The notes under the pieces: model-generated | What the model saw: the letters and a program-made list of their open reading frames with translations, nothing else | The model's database searches: none | What the model was told of the DNA's origin: nothing | DNA from: Selaginella moellendorffii | Taxonomy: Eukaryota; Plantae; Lycopodiophyta | Assembly: GCF_000143415.4 (NCBI RefSeq) | Contig: NW_003314265.1 | Location: forward strand, 944,405-1,008,404 | Length of the DNA stretch: 64,000 bases | Direction: 5' to 3' | In this document: positions 62,518 to 64,000 of the stretch, in pieces | How the letters are laid out: each line of letters starts with the position of its first letter | How positions within the stretch are numbered: position 1 is the first letter of the stretch | Program-made: the position numbers and the translations under genes

Positions 62518-64000
62518 CTAGTTTTTCGATCCAAATCCCTTGGGAGCCGACTGCTTATTTCCAATGGCAGACAATTGCTTCTGGAGCTCGGATTTGCCTT
62601 TCTTCCTTCTTGCTGTGCCGGGTGGAAGCTACAATCCAAGCCATGTGTTAGAGCTCATAGTAAAGATATGGATGCCATGTCCTTCTTACCTTCGCTCCTT
62701 TGCTTAGCTCCTCGAGGTCTTCCAGTCCTGGCATCTTTCCGTCCTGCATTTTTGCTGCCAAGTTCTTCATTTGAGCACGCATTTGGTATAGTTGAGATAT
62801 AAGCTGGCCAACCTGCGAAAATCGCGACACTGTACAGATATCTGCTGAAAACTAGATTTTCAGTTTACCTGTGCTTCCGTTCTACCAGATTCCGTGGCAA
62901 CTCTTTTTCTTCTAACGGGCGACTTGGCAAGAAGCTCTGGATCTTCTCTTTCCTCTGCAGAAACAATGACTGAGAACGAGAGAACAGCAGGCATGGTCTT
63001 ACCAGGAGTCATGGCGTTTATCATTGCTTCTGCTATACTCAAGCTCCTTTCAGCTTCACGGATTTGCTGTGGAGTGACCTGTTTAACCCAAACGTTAGAC
63101 AGCAGAAAATGGTGAGAAATAGTTGGTGTCCACCTTGTTCATCCCAGGTATGAGTTTCAAAACTCCCCCCATTGATCCCATACGGGCTAGTGCGTTCAGC
63201 TGTTTCAAGTAGTCATTGAAATCGTATTTGGCTTCCATAATCTTCTTTTGCATATCTTCGGCATCTTCTTTCACCATCTGATCAAAACAAAAAACCGTTA
63301 GAAAAAATCACTGTAAAACTGATCTCTCGTACCGATTCTTGGGCCTTCTCTACAAACGACAGTACATCTCCCATGCCCAGAATTCGACTAGCCATACGAT
63401 CGGGATAAAAGAGCTCCAGAGCGTTCATACCCTCACCTTCTCCAACGAATTTGATGGGCTTTCCAGAAACCTGGTTACCAATGCAAGTTATCAACCAGAT
63501 AGCTCACTTGTTTATAAACGTTAAGCTTACCTCTCGCACGCTTAACGCGGCTCCACCCCTCGAATCCCCATCGACCTTTGTCATTATAGCTCCAGTGATT
63601 CCCACTTCCAAATTGAAAGCAGATACCAGAGCTGGAAAACGGCAAGAAATAACTCAGGATTTGCATGAGCTTACTGAACTGAAGATACTCACCAGCAGCC
63701 TCCTGGCCCGTCATGGCATCGACAACCAGTAGCACCTCGTTTGGATTAAGGACTTTTTTCATTTGCTTTAGTTCGTCCATCATTGTGGCATCAACCTGGC
63801 AGACGATGTAAACTGTGAGACACGAGATTTTGAAAAACAGACAATACCTGAAGGCGTCCAGCAGTATCCACAATAAGAACGTCTGTTCCTTTCTCCTTTG
63901 CTTCTTTCAGACCTCTTTTCGCAATCTCTACAGGACTTAGCTCAGTCCCTGCCTCGAACACAGGAACCTCAACCTGTTCCCACAGAAGTAAGACTTCCAT
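62518..64000 (-). CDS. cpSRP54: chloroplast signal recognition particle 54-kDa subunit (3' part; runs off the window)
   Basis: [74 protein letters not shown] domain, and plant-type tail APPGTARRK...PKGFG. Confidence 0.93.

Overview
Eukaryotic plant nuclear DNA. The very short introns, tightly packed genes, PLS/DYW-class PPR genes and retained Hsp33 point to a lycophyte such as Selaginella (inference). The window has three parts. (1) 1-4.5 kb is a compact gene block: a Dpy-30-domain gene, an FAD monooxygenase and an Fyv7/TAP26-like gene. (2) About 6.3-45 kb is a nested transposon island bounded by two decayed copies of one Ty3/Gypsy family lying tail-to-tail. The minus-strand copy carries five insertions, each with a visible target-site duplication (TSD): a 6-kb MULE-like element holding a 96-bp double-hairpin array, a TRIM solo LTR, a Cassandra-like TRIM with 5S rRNA-derived LTRs, and two young non-autonomous LTR elements whose LTRs contain an unstable GAGTCC/GAGATG satellite. 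Its 3' LTR appears split by a 6.4-kb block containing a SAC3B gene fragment, which is itself interrupted by an intron-bearing Merlin (IS1595/ISXO2-like) DNA transposon. (3) 46-64 kb is gene dense: a BTB protein, a short coiled-coil protein, two PPR genes, a membrane protein, Hsp33, MORC, a NOM1 pseudogene, tRNA-Cys and cpSRP54. The strongest leads are the Merlin element, the Cassandra-like element, the CpG-rich hairpin array, an inter-element LTR conversion tract and a precise 28-bp micro-inversion. All family assignments come from motif recognition by eye; no searches were run.
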